This document shows positions 24,359 through 38,270 of a DNA stretch of 64,000 bases, piece after piece. The translations under genes were made by a program, and so were the position numbers. The DNA lies in contig OZ199839.1 of the NCBI GenBank assembly GCA_964304625.1, positions 10,201,287 to 10,265,286 on the forward strand, given 5' to 3'. This DNA comes from Kudoa neothunni. Its lineage: Eukaryota; Animalia; Cnidaria. Below the pieces are notes generated by a model, which ran no database searches, was not told the DNA's origin, and was given only the letters and a program-made list of their open reading frames with translations. Position 1 is the stretch's first letter; every line of letters starts with the position of its first letter.

Positions 24359-26331
24359 CTAACGGATAAGGTTTAATGGAGTAGTTTTCGAAAAGATATC
24401 GTTCATATTTCTAGTTTGAGCACTTTTAGGTATAGCAAAACATTTCCAAAGTCGTAGGGTTTCATCCGCGCCGATCGACGCAATAGTTGAACCATCCGGA
24501 TTCGGCACAATACTAAGGATTCGTTGGGTGTGCCCAGTCAAATGACATAATGGAGTCATTGAAGGATAACTCCAAATAGTGAGGCGATTGTGTGGATAGC
24601 CGTGAGCGGAAACAAATTCATTATAATAACTACTCCACACGATTCCAGTCACTTGAGAATGGGTTTCAACACTGGCCAAGTGTTGTCCATTTCCCACATT
24701 GCATAGATTGATACGGCCGCACGAAGTACCTCCACCAGTGGCCAGCAGATTAGCTACTCTAGGGTGCCAAGCAACGGCCTAAAACCCAACCTATTATTAA
24801 CTCAACACACACAACACCATACTTTAACAGCAGCAGTGTGGTCGGAAAAGGTGTGCAGGGGATCTGCACCCGACATGGCTTGATTCATATTCCACACATT
24901 GACAAGGTTGTCATTGCCGCCGGACGCCAAATGTCTACCATCCGGAGACCACACTAGAGAACACACCTCTTGTTTGTGTTGGTTATCGATTCGATTGATA
25001 ATACAGTTAGCTATTCGGACATCTATATTTACAATTTGTCCACTTAGACTGCCACTAATACGAAAAGTCAACACAATTCAAACGCTATTATGTGTAACAG
25101 ATTTTGATTACGTGGATAAAATATGACGATTCCAAGAAAGTGAACCAATTCGACTACTGTGAGCTTTGATTTTGCGTATACATTTCTGAGTACGAGTATC
25201 CCACAGTTGAACATATCCGGCCGCTCTACCAACGGCCAAACAACTGCTACTTTCATTGCCAGACCACCGCATGGAACACACATGATCAACAGTGTTTGGA
25301 TTGGCTAAAGAGGGGAGTGGATTAGAGTCTTGTGTTTCGAGTTGTGTTATATGTCCAGTGGTGGCATTCCACAAGTAGGGAACACCTTCCAAACCGACGC
25401 TGATTTGATTATTTCCACCCCAATCAAGCACATTATAATAGAAATTATCAACGAGATCGGGAGCGTCTAGTGTTCTCTCAGCAGTTTTGGGTATAAAACG
25501 TCTTCTGGACCAACTTGGTTTTATACCACCTTTCAGATCGTCCTTTGATTGGAACTTTACGGTGGATGTTGTTCCGGCTTTAATATAGTAATGAATTCAA
25601 ACTATGGAAATCGTACAATTCGGTTACCTTCACTGCTGGTTGGCAAATCATTTTCGTATGAAAGCACCACATTACTCATTTCTTCGGTGAGCAGATACTC
25701 ACGAATGATTTGTTGTCTTTCATCCAACACAGCATCTACATTCGAATGCACGATACTTTTGCTGGTAATATTGTCATCGTAGGAGTAGAACAGTTTCTCT
25801 CTAATAGCTGCAATATCGCCCTTTATCCTAGGAAGGTAACGGTCTCTGACAGGTGTTTCCCGCTTCGATTTATGGTCGACTAAAACAGAGCATTTACTCA
25901 TTGTCTGTAATTTGGCGAGTGACCTAAAAACCTACTTTGCATAAAACATGATTTATCATTTTTGGATTTGTCGGTCTTTTTTGTCAATTTCGAACTTGAT
26001 TGACTTGAAGTGTTGTGAAATGATGCAGACCGACATAATGGCGAGCCGACTGTGGCTTTGATTTGTTTGTCTTTGATTGAAGGTATCTTGAAGCTGCTTT
26101 CCAATGTTGGTGTGATGAAATTCAGTAATGGTGATCTTGATGTGGCATTATGCTCACCATAAGAATTGTCAGGATTGCGGGATTTTTCAGTTGATAGTAC
26201 ACAAGTAGAATTTCTAGTGTTGGATTTTTTTGAACCTAGAAATCATATCAATTTAAACTAACTCAAAAATCGTTACTTTTTTTCTTTTCCCCTTGATGGG
26301 TAATAGTAGTTTTGTTGTTCTTTTCAACCAT
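24359..26331 (-). CDS. CDC20: APC/C co-activator Cdc20/Fizzy (start codon tentative)
   Basis: C-box DRYLPR, KILR-like RIVRF, RFIPKTAERTLDAPDLVDNFYYNVLDWG, WD40 repeats (HKQEVCSLVWSPDGRHLASGGNDNLVNVW, HTAAVKAVAWHP, DETLRLW) and C-terminal IR tail. Confidence 0.92.
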
Positions 26332-27916
26332 TTCAGGTATCAATACATTCAATTGACCCGTTGCTATGGTATAGCTGCTTGCGCATACTGGCGGGAACGT
26401 ATAATAAACCCAGACTTTTTATAGTTACTCTCGTTATCATCGCTCCAAAATTTGTTTTGTATTTTTATCGGTCACATGTGAATAGTTTTATAGTGATCCA
26501 GGAGGCGCGAATTCTAGATTGAATTAACTGCATAAATTTGGCGCATGTCAAGTAAAGCAGTGACTATTCCCGCCGACAATAACACTCATCTAATTGTAAT
26601 TTTGATTGAGTTCAACTCTCTGTAAAGCTGTATGCGAGATCAATGGAGAATAAAAATAAGTGAATAGATTCAGTCTAGGACGATTAGTGTGCTTATTATT
26701 TTGATGGAGCATTTTTAGAAATAGTTTCTATTCTTAAGGTCATTTCTCGTAGTAGAATCTTGGTTTGTCTAATATTTATACAGAAAAGTTGGACTGAAAA
26801 AATATCTAGATAATTGGGAGTATGGTGAGAATATTGGATCCAGTCGTTTATTAACCCGGTAAAATATTATTGGCAAAATAGGAACGTTAAAATTTCTAAA
26901 AGTAACAAGATCAAACGGAATATACTTCATTAATTATCGAAACCGTGAGATGAGCATAGTTATCATTTTAATTTAAAATCAATTTCTTAAAATATAGTTG
27001 CATCAGATTACAACTAGCAAAACATTCCAACCAATGGTGAGTGTAGTTGCTTCACTTTATGACTTTATGGTGCTATTTATTATGCCATTTCATCCATTAG
27101 TTTGAGTGAGACACGCTAATATCAAAGTGGTTACGAACGATATTTGGTCTTAATCTCATTTTAATCCACCCGTGTCTAATTTACATTTAAATTTTAAATA
27201 AAGAAATGGCTGTTAAATCTTGAACAAATAACCTAAATTATGTATAATTAAAATTTTTAAGGTTTATTCAAGGTTAAGCGATTAAAAAGCGGTGGTTTCA
27301 AATGCTCAGTTATTTAGGAGTGTAGTAGATAACTAAACAATAACTACCGCGCCTATCAACAATTATGGCATGCAAATCTATCATTTTAATACCAACTACT
27401 ACTATTTATACGTGATATACATAGTTACTTTTTATAATTTTTTATATTTGATTATTATTTTTATTAAACTCAAAAACGTCTTGGTGGGCCAGAAATAATT
27501 AGTTTTAGTCGAAACAAGTCTTCATTAAATATTATTGTCGTAAAAACAGCCACTTTGTAAATTAAAGGAGTTTTATGCATCACGTGCACCATTTTAATAT
27601 TTTCCCGCCTACCGCACACATTTAAATTATCCTCCAATAATTTTAAATACACAGTAAAATAAATAATAAAATATTATTAGACACGTGAATAGTATTTTCT
27701 TAATTAGTCATCTTATGTATGATTGAAAAGTGAATAAAATTGCTGATTTGAACGTTAAAATATTTAAGTTTATCAAATAGCACTAGCTTAATCATTTTAG
27801 ACATTTCTCACCCTGAAAATAAATAAAAAAATATGTAGATAAAGGGAATAATTTTATAATAAATGCGAAATTTTAGTTTTATAGTGATTTTTTACAATAA
27901 AGAGATAAAATCCATT

Positions 27917-27978
27917 ATCTACTATCTATCTATCTATCCATCTATCCATCATCTATCCATCTATCCATCTATCTACTA
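27917..27978. repeat. (ATCT)/(ATCC) tetranucleotide microsatellite
   Basis: Directly visible, abutting the left end of the hAT element. Confidence 0.9.
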
Positions 27979-30267
27979 CAGTGGTTTTAAATTGGGGATC
28001 CGCTGCAGGGATACATATGAAAAATTTTGTAAATTTTAATTTGTTAAAAAAACTAAATGATGGTAGCTGTGCTTCAAGAATCTGAGTTCGTTTCGTGTTT
28101 TTTTCCTTTAAAAATTGGCTGCACAGCAAGTATTTTGTGATACCAGGGGTCGTGTTGTTCTGTCTCAATTGAAACGACAGAAAGTGAATGACCCATGCTT
28201 GCTTTCACTTATGAACAATATCCAAAATGTTATCGTTTCTGATTCAACGTTTTAACATGGAAACAAAAATTATCAAAATATTTATGTTGATGTTATTCAA
28301 TGCAACTTGAAATGTAGTTCCCAGTAAGTTTAACAATGTTCCAACTTCGACAATGAGACAGAATTAAAGTTACTCAGTGTCATAGCGGCGCGTCGTTAAT
28401 CTGCACAAACATGGTTTCATCACCCAATAATACCACAGATTACTTTTAATATACTAGAAAATGCGAAGCAGTTGGAAATACACATTTTACAATTTTTTTA
28501 TTATCTGCCCACAGATGGATTCAGATGAAGGCCTGCAACAGATTATTACAAAAGCTTTCGAGTTTACTGTTACTGGCGATAAAAATTGTCCATCTCCATT
28601 ATGCTTAATTTATGGCGAAACATTATCAAATAGTTCAATGGTACCGTCAAAGTTGAAACATTCTACTTTGCCAAAAAAATAAGGAATACTTTCAAAGATT
28701 AGAAGAATAAACTTCAAAAAGATCTTCATCATTGGTAAGCAATGTCACAATTGGCGAGAAAACGAGCTTTGCTGTAGCAGAGATCATAGCTAAGCAGGTG
28801 AAACCACATACAATTATACAATTATACAATTGCTCAATCGTTATTGTTACCAGCATGTGTTGGAATTACGAAAAGATTTTTTGGAGAAATTGCTGCTAAT
28901 GGTCTCAAAAACATACCCCTTTCTTACAATAAAATAAGCAGACGGATTTCAGATATGTCACTTGATATCGAAAAGAGTGTGATATTAAAACTGAAACTTG
29001 CCGAATTTTTCGCTATTCAAGTGGGAAATCACAGTTACTTGCTTTTATTCGATTCATTGAAAACGATGCTATTGTCGATGAATTTTTATGTTGCAAAGAG
29101 TTGCCACAAACAACAAAAGGACAAGACATATACGATACTTTCACGTCATACTTAAATCAGTGGGACTTGACACAGGAAAAGTGTATTGGAATATGCACAG
29201 ATGGATGTCCACTAATGACTGCATGTGTAGAAGGTTTTGTTACACTTGTGAAACAATCTCAACCAAACATTACGTTAACTCACTGCTTTCTTCATCGCGA
29301 AGCACCTGTTGCCAAAGAGATTGGTCCTGAGCTAAAGGATGTACTTGATATGGTGGTCAGCATAGTCAACTACATAAAATCAAGACCAGTAAAATGTCGG
29401 CAGTTCAGAAAACTTTGTGAAAGTACGAATGCTGAGCATGTCACCCTGTTACTTCATATTGAAGTCCGATGGCTCTCTCGAGGACGGGTATTGTCTCGGT
29501 TTTATGAACTCAGAGAATTGTTGAATTCTTTTAAAAAAGACAAGGTCGAATTTATCCGACATCTTCCAACATTTGAATATGTTAAAAGTATGCAGGGAAC
29601 AAAAGAAAATATTTTGTCTTCAGTGGATAAAATTAACGCTTTCAAACAGGTGCTGGCTATCTGGAAAAACACGTTTCGAAAGGGAATTATGATGAAATTA
29701 TCCCTCTGATAGTTAATCATTTGGAATCCTTGATTCAAAGATTAGATAAATATTTTCCATCTATATCCCCTGAAGAGTGTGACTGGGTTAGAAATCCATT
29801 CGTCGTACCCTTGAACGCGACTTTCAATTAAAAGGTGGAAGAGGAGTCGTAAAATGGAGCACAGTTCACTTTATCTTGATTCATTACGGATTTTAATTTC
29901 ACAAGAACACCCATTAGTTTCAAATAGAGCGTTGTGTCTATTTCCACAATTTTCAACATCATACCTACGTGAATTAGGTTTCTCGGCCATAGCTAATATT
30001 ACAAATAAGAAAAGAGAAACCCCACTCTACTAACCCTCGGAGAAGAAATGCGTCTGTCTCTAGAACCCGTCCAAATATTGTAGCTGTAATACGAAGTCAC
30101 CAACCACAAATATCACGTTAGTTTTTATTTGTTTTGAATACAAAACAAACTGAAAATATTTGTTATTTTTTTGGTGAGTGCGCATGCAAATTTTACAACT
30201 TGTATTCTCTTCATTTGGTTTTAATCACTTTGGGGTTCCACGGTTCCAAAAAGATTAAAAACCACCG
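27979..30267 (+). mobile_element. Decayed hAT Buster/Charlie transposon (ZBED8/SCAND3/FAM200-like transposase pseudogene)
   Basis: PLCLIYGETLSNSSMVPSKLKH, IPLSYNKISRRISDMS, GICTDG, THCFLHRE, IVNYIKSRP, LLLHIEVRWLSRGRVLSRFYELR, with multiple frameshifts. Ends CAGTGGTTTTAAA / TTAAAAACCACCG; no TSD preserved. Confidence 0.92.
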
Positions 30268-30691
30268 CATTCGAGGGTTAACTAAGTTAATTTTTATCAA
30301 TAATTAGTATTCTTCTATTAAATTAAGTCTAACATCACCATAATGAAAATTCTATTTGAACACCAGCTCAAGAAAATATAAAACTACCTCTTAAGGGACA
30401 GACGATTGGCGTAGTTACAACAATCACCCAAATAAGGAACATAATTTTAATTTTGATTAAACACCCCCGCCAAAAATGAATGAACATGAACGCACACACA
30501 TTAGTCTACTCCTTAAGCTAATAGCAAGATAAGTAACAACTGAAACAAAGCTTAAACAGATTCAAATTGCACAAAAACAACAAACAACTAATCAATAGCT
30601 CCGAAAGTAATCGATCTGATCATGCTAGACATTAGTTATTAGATATATGTGATAGTTGTGAAGTGTAAGATGACAGAGCGAAAAAAGCAGC

Positions 30692-31297
30692 TTAAAGTTG
30701 GCCACAATCCTCGATAACGACTTTAGATTTGGTAGCTCCTTGGCTGGATCCCAAAGCTTCCATGGCCCTAACCACATCCATTCCTTCGACAACTTCTCCG
30801 AAAACGGTGTGTTTCCCATCTAACCATTCGGTGTTGGCGGTACAGATGAAAAATTGTGAACCATTGGTGTTGGGGCCAGCATTGGCCATGGAAAGAGTAC
30901 CGGCTCCTTTGTGTTTGAGTGTGAAGTTTTCGTCGTCGAATCTTTGTCCGTAAATGGATTTACCACCGGTTCCGTTGCCTCTGGTGAAATCACCACCCTT
31001 CACAAAGAACACACACGTCATTCAACACATCCAATAACGCATACTTGGCACATGAATCCTGGAATAATTCTATGGAATGCTGAACCCTTGTAACCGAAAC
31101 CTTTTTCGCCAGTACACAAAGCTCTGAAATTCTCCGCTGTCTTTGGGACAACATCAGCTCTCAGCTACACAAAATGAATAAAAACGGGCCGATCCAACCT
31201 TTCCACATCAAACAAACCAAGTTACCTGCATAACAATTCTTCCGAGTTGCTTTCCATCAGAGTTAATATCAAAAAAGACTTTTGGGTTAGTGGCCAT
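30692..31297 (-). CDS. PPIA: Cyclophilin A-type peptidyl-prolyl cis-trans isomerase (2 introns)
   Basis: [47 protein letters not shown]|[45 protein letters not shown]; introns ~31165-31227 and ~30998-31044. Confidence 0.97.
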
Positions 31298-33158
31298 TTT
31301 CACAAACCTTCGGAATATCATGCAACGATTGAGAATTTGTCGTTAAACCAATTAATCCCACAGATAATCCTAGGCACAATGGAATTATTAAATGTTGTCG
31401 CGTTGGTTTCGTTAAGCGATATTAAAATTTTCATTTTCAATATGAAAAAATTCAAAAATTCAATATTTTGTACCTGCACAGTAATGACTGTTGAAAATAA
31501 CGTCAATAATTAATTGCAGATTTGCACGTGGTCATAAAATAAAGATTAAGAATAACGCCATAAATATAAGGTGGGGTTGTGGGAAGAATAAATAAGTGAT
31601 TAGCTCAAATTGACACATTATCTAATTTTCGAATTCGAAAAAACAAATTTATTTGTTTAGAGAGCCTATCTTGTAATCAGTCATGAAATTTCACTTTTAT
31701 TCTGCTTGGTCGAGTTGATCCAGAATCTAAATAAAATTCCTATGTATAGTTTATTGGACGTTTGATCAACATGTGTTGGTGTAATCACATGGCTACTAAT
31801 CTCCGCTTAAATTAACGTAATTTTTCTAACCCTTCTCTGATATTGCGAGAGGGCTAACTGATTTGTGTGCACTTCTTAAATAAATATAATTATAAACAAC
31901 CTTGTCTGAACTAAAGTTGTCGGATATCTACTAGACTCCTGGAAATGGAGGGTCACATCCACCTGGAATTTAGTGTATCATAATAATGGGTATGATATCA
32001 CTCATGTTACTATCTTACATAATAGCTTTACAGCCATCATAACATCGTGTTAATCTAATTTGGATTAAATTCCTAAGTTATTGCTTAGTCCAAGAATAGG
32101 GCAGAATCGGATTACTATAAAATAGTGTAATAGGCGGCACCTTTCCTTCCTTGTCTCTTAAGACGTTCGATTAAGGTCGGTTTGCTTTTCGTGCATTTCG
32201 CTGACAATTATCCAAGAATCACTGTTATCGATACTCTTCTTGAGTACATCTATAACATCTATTTTTTATATAATGGATTGACTGTTTCTGATCGTTCGTT
32301 CGATCGAATGATTTATTGATCTTAATCTGGTCCAATTCCCCTGCGAGAGTCCCTAGATAATCTCGTTAGATAATGAAACTGATTAACTCTATTGATAGTG
32401 TTGGCGCCAATAAAAACCCACTAACAAATTTAGAATATAAAATAGTCGAGATTAAATTTGTGAAATTGATTTTAGAATTTTTCACCAATTAATCTATCCG
32501 TGCAAATAGCAACACATGCTCTATTTGCATGGAACATTGCGTGATTTTACTGCCGTTTGCTTACTGTTATTTGAAGCACGTGAATTCCTCAGAATTATCT
32601 CCTTTACCTTGTAAGTATAATTGGAGTCTTTGGAACTCCAGGCGATATTAATTATCAATTTTCTTCTATTACATGAACTTAGCAAAGTTTTTCGTTTGAT
32701 AGAAAATAAGTTAATACAAAAACGTCTTTCAAATTTTCTGCTTTTAACCAATCTTGATAGAAGCGCATATCATCCCACGTCCTTTTTTGAGCTCCATTTG
32801 AATTTTCATTAATAAATTAGAATCATATACGTCAATGACTTCAAAATATGTTATTAAAAAAACTACAAAATTTTAAGACAGCGTTGATATATCCGAATAC
32901 AATCACAGAATAACAAGAAAAATTGATTAAATAACAATAATCCAAGGATCGGAAAACAGCGTGTTGCTGACGACCGTGCTGTCTTTTTAAAATTTCGAAT
33001 AATTTTAATTCTCTCCATTACTAAAACAATAAATATAATTGTTTTTCCCAATTCTAAAACTTATTATTTATAAACTGATCTCAATGAACTCAACAATCTA
33101 CTGGATTTGTAAATAAACGAAAAAACCTCCAATAACAAAAGATTAGTAGAAAAATCCC

Positions 33159-35055
33159 GGTAATGGTAAAGTATGTGACTCCAGAAAAACACCATCTTGC
33201 GAAGGTTTTTTCTCGTTTTTTCTTTTACGATTATCAATAATAAATCAAAAGAATACCGAGCGCAAATATTGAGCTAAAATTAATTACTTCTAAATTTTTG
33301 CCTAATTCCTATTCGACAATAGTCGGATACATGTGTAATCTACATCGTTTTGCAATAAACACCGGGAAATAGCTTATTATTTGCATATTTCATCCTGATT
33401 AGTACATTAATTTCATTATTTATATTTTTTAAGTTTATCTAATATTAAGAAATAATGTGTCATCTATCTTTATTTCTAAATGTCAAATTAACTTTTAAAA
33501 CATTTAGTCACATCTATAATTGTTTATTTTAGTTTATAAATTTTTATTTGTACATTGTTATTAGTGAACAAAATTTTATACACCAATTACTCGCGAAATT
33601 CAAACTGACAATATTTATATTAATCGTATATTGATATTTTTGGCTACAAAATCTAAGAGAGACGTTAATAAAAAATATTTCAATATGTATTTAGTTTATT
33701 TAAAAATATTTAATTATGCAAATTTTAGAAATAATAAATCGTGCATTTTTTATCCCTTTATTTAATACGACCTAAAGTAGTATATTAATTTACACTACTA
33801 ATTTATTTTATTAACCAATATTTTCTCCCAATTTTAAGATTCCCGTGAATGGAACTATCAAATGTATTCATTTAAAATAAATTCAAACTAACCTGATTTA
33901 TTTTTACTCGAAAAATTTATCATTTATATACCTAACTTCCAATATAAAATTTCTAATTATACGTCCTCTGAAATTTATTACATTCAATACAACAAATAAA
34001 AATGCATTTATATAAAATGTGATAGACTTATTAATAACTACATTAGTATAGTAACGTAATTTTTGTTAGTATATTATTTAAAAGTTGAAATTTTTCTCCC
34101 ACAATTGATCGAAACCATTCTTCGCACAAATATTCGGGAAACTTTGTTTAAAGTCTCCCCCAACAAGCTTCTGTGGTGTTTGTATGGGCACCGTCTCTGA
34201 CATGTTCAATTGAATGATTGATTTTTATATGCTTCCTCTTTCCGTGAAGAACAGTCTTGTCAATTTCGATGACGTAATCTTCTTCACCAAATTTTTGTCG
34301 CTCCTCAAATCTTAATACGCATATTTTTCTAATCTTGGGAAACCATGAAGAAGTGGTAGGTTTGGAAATATTTATCATCTAACCGGTCGACATAATGGTA
34401 TTGTCCACCGACCAGTTATAAAGTATTCTAAATATTTTTTTTATCGTTGATTTTGTTGTTGAGGTAACGGAACCCATAGAGAAAAAGGTACCATTTCGAG
34501 GGGAAACACTAGTTTTACACCTTAATTACATTAAGTCGTTATTTCACAAAAGATAAGTACTTTTTTCAGTTGTAAGTGAAAGAATAATCAATGTTGTTTC
34601 TATTGTAACACGAAGTATCGGCCATTGGTCTCCTTACATTTATTTTTCTCTTTTTTAATGTAAAGGTTTTATAATTCCAACACTTAAAACACCTTTCTGA
34701 GGCAGCTTTTTGATAGCCCTTTACTACTAAGGTGTAAAAAAACTATCATGGTCATTAATTAAACGGAAAAAGTCATCGTCCCCTCTAAAACTTAAAAGCT
34801 CCATTATAGCGGTTTTCACGTGATAAATAAATAAATAATAAGCTATTTTCCGGTGTTTATTGCAAAACGATGTAGATTACACATGTATCTGACTGTTGTC
34901 GAATAGGAATTAGGCAAAAATTTAGAAGTAATTAATTTTAGCTCAATATTTGCGCTCGGTATTCTTTTGATTTATTATTGATAATCGTAAAAGAAAAACG
35001 AGAAAAAACCTTCGCAAGATGGTGTTTTTCTGGAGTCACATACTTTACCCTTACC
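33159..35055 (-). mobile_element. Merlin (IS1016/ISXO2-like) DNA transposon, internally decayed
   Basis: ~220-bp near-identical TIRs starting GGTAA(T/G)GGTAAAGTATGTGACTCCAG; perfect 8-bp TSD AAAATCCC (33151-33158 and 35056-35063); transposase remnants VIEIDKT and INHSIEHVRDGAHTNTTEACWGRL. Confidence 0.93.
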
Positions 35056-36238
35056 AAAATCCCAAGATCTTGGGAAAAACCCAAGGTTTGGATGCCCTGG
35101 TGGCTATTCTCATGGATCCATTTAATCCCCTCTCGGGACTGGCCCATTCTCATGATAACGAATAACTTCCCCGTTACAAATGATATTTCAAATCCAACTT
35201 CTTAGTTAAATGAAGCTATTTTTAATCTAATTTTCTACGCATAAATTATTAGAAAATTTAAAGAATAAAAATTCAACACTTTGTCTGCCCTATTTACACT
35301 GTTCAATAAGTACACTCACATTTGTTGGGTATAATATTATGTAATATAAATATTATTATTATTGAATTGGAATTATTAGTACTAACATTTACTACTAAGT
35401 AGAAACGGTTCTGTTTGTGCAATCTTGTTCCACCCACTATGTCTGAATATGTGCGTGAATTCTATATGATTATGGAGCGTTCTGTTTCGTGAGATTATTT
35501 CTAAGTTTTAAAGAAATATGAAATAATTGAAATCTGCACAACAAGTTTATATATTACATTCAGTTGGAGAAAAGAAATTTAAGATTTCGCAAGATATAAA
35601 ATACCAACTGCGTGGAATTAGTCTAAAAGGTGATTCCATTATTGCCTCCTGTGAAGCGCTGTTAAATTTATTGCTCAAACCTACAGCTCTTGTTAACAAA
35701 TATTATTGTACTGTTGAAATTTCTAATGTGGTTATTTTGGAGAAATTTTTTTGGATGGGCAGCCGAACAACCATGGCTAATGGATAAATTGATCAATTCT
35801 TCATTGTGGCGGAAATTCATTTTCATGATGTAATGAAATTACACGCTCGTAAGTATCGGGAAGTAAATGTTCGCATTCTTAGAATGAAATTTTTTAGAAC
35901 AATTCAAAATTCTCAGAACAGAATGAACCGTTATTTTAACTCCGACATTGTTTATTATAATACTTACTATGTTTTCTTCTTTGGCAAGTTTTACAAAAGC
36001 CAGAGCAAAAAAATCATCATTTAAGAATGATTGTTCTTTTAATGTAAACATCAAGACTAGTGGAGATGGTGACTTCACTGGAGTAAAATCAATTGATTTT
36101 ACTCAAAACCATACATGTGCTATGACAATTTTCAAAATAGGTTATTAACTAATATTATTCCTCCAAATGCAATATATTTTCGTAATCTTTGTTAAAAAAT
36201 AAAGGGAAATTTTTTTCCAGCGTAAAATAACAATTACT

Positions 36239-37281
36239 TACACCACGTCACGTCGTTCTTGAGGTCCAATGGACCAAACGATTTTCTTTTATGAAATAAA
36301 AGTAAAAATTATTTTATACAAATTTTTAAATTTTAGGATAATTTTACCTAGTAATTATTAAATGAATAACTAAATATGAAGCAAGTGATGCTCAGCTGCA
36401 TGCACGATGTCTATATAAGCATGTCATCTTTGTTTGAATACAACCATAACTCCTCAGATTATGATGACTCTTGCGCTGATTATTCAAGTTATGATGAGTG
36501 TTCATCATGTTTCATAATTTCGTATTGTGGAGAGCATTCAAAAACACATGTGATAACGTTTTATGAAGTAATCATTGTTTACTATCATCTTGTGTGTTTC
36601 TTCGTAATATTATATCGTGTTGTTTATAAAAAGATAAATTCACATGGAGTAGTTAAATTAAAAAAACAGAAATAAGATCATACTCCAGAGTAACGTATCA
36701 ACATGTGATTTTACGCATTCGCAGGCAAGACAACTTTAATAATTGACCGTTTATGCATAATTCAAACAAATAATTCTCCTCATATTTTTTCTGTCGATAT
36801 TAAATTTTATTTAAGACAATCTTATGGAATAAAAACGCGGGGTACATTTCTACACTACTTTATTTTGAGGGTATAGATTTTTAAGCTACTAGAAGGTTAA
36901 ATAATGCATGTCGTTCTTTATGAATCCATAAAGAATAAAAAATTGTTGTATGCGATATATAAACTAAAAGTTAATAAAACTAGCCAATTTCAATAATTAA
37001 TTAACGACTACTCAAAGTATTGTATATTGAGTTTCTTGTAAAGCTATATAAATACTTTTCTTCTCCAGATATTTTAATAAGTTCCATTAAATTAAATATG
37101 TATTGTTACAAGTATGAAAACAAATTTTTTCCTTATTCACTCGATAGAATTATTTTTTACTAAACAAATGAACCAATAAGATTTTATAAACTAAAATAAG
37201 CGATAAAAAGTGGGGTTCATTGGGTCTCAAAAACGACGTGGTGTATAGGAATAGGAGATTTGGATGTGCTTGGAGGGTTAA
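36239..37281. mobile_element. Non-autonomous piggyBac-like element
   Basis: Inverted repeats TACACCACGTC..GTCGTTCTTGAGGTCCAATGGACC / GGTTCATTGGGTCTCAAAAACGACGTGGTGTA; right end GAGGGTTAA; internal acidic Ser/Asp stretch resembling piggyBac N-termini. Confidence 0.6.
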
Positions 37282-37439
37282 TATAACAGATGTACCTTTG
37301 AAAATTTACAAGAAGCTCCTTCAAACGAAATTAAATGAAGTTAAAAGAAAGAATTTCTCATTGAAATCGTCACGCATTTAGTTGGTGTTGTTTAATAACT
37401 GATATAATAAATATGCGTTGATTGATCTTGTTCAGCCCT

Positions 37440-38270
37440 ATCTTAGTCTTAGCAAAGTCATTATTTGAGATAGTTTCAAAGATAATAAATAACCAGAAGT
37501 AAAAATAATCAACATAAGGTTTAATTCTTCCTTTATAAATCAAATGTTTTTGGAGACTAAAAGGGAATTGGATAATCGTTATTATATAACTGAAAAAAAG
37601 AAAAATTATCACTGTTGGAACTTAACATTCTCACAAAAGGAAGACCCCGCCATGTCTACGTCCATTAAAAATTTATATCCACTTACTTATCTCTCCTTGT
37701 GTTTGACGACAAATAGAATGTTGTTAATGTATGTTGCCATAAGAAGAAAACCAGTTTACACGTTTTTTTTCTGCGCTTAGTAGCACCCGAATGGTATCAG
37801 AAAAATTTTTAAAAACTAACAATATAAGGGATTATAATTTATAATGCAGTTAGTGAGAGTGTTGGCTAATTTCGGGATTGTGAACGTCAGTAAGTGCTTG
37901 AAGAATTAACCATTGTTGGTCTCTCCTAGTCCTATACTCCTATACTCCTACACAACATGATTGACATAATGTTTTTCAATCCTTACGCTATTTTTCAAGA
38001 AATATTCTCTTCATAACAGATGGTTAGGGGGCGATTTCCTAAAACTCATCGTAATGAAGCTCTCAAATTCATTATTTCTAAAAGAAAATCAAAATTCCAC
38101 CAAATTCTCGGAATAAATGGATCAAAAGAATTGAATTCGCATGATAAATGTCATATTGTGATCGAATATATGACAGAAAAACTCAAACAATGTGCGATTA
38201 TTGTTTTGTATACTGCTGTAAAAGTTGTTACAAATGTATCTGTGTTAATTGTTTTAAACAATAATTTTGT
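37440..38270 (+). mobile_element. Highly decayed piggyBac transposase remnant
   Basis: Terminal Cys-rich fragment YCCKSCYKCICVNCFKQ and weak ITVGT / MYVAIRRKPV fragments in the expected order. Confidence 0.45.

Noticed and set aside
31900-33150. Possible decayed retroelement flanking the Merlin insertion (also 35064-35210)
   Set aside because: Coding-like composition, but no RT, endonuclease or integrase motif could be recognised.
35527-36150. Short ORFs with hAT-like fragments (HGCSAAH on the minus strand)
   Set aside because: Probably a TE relic, but with no termini, TSD or sufficient motif conservation.
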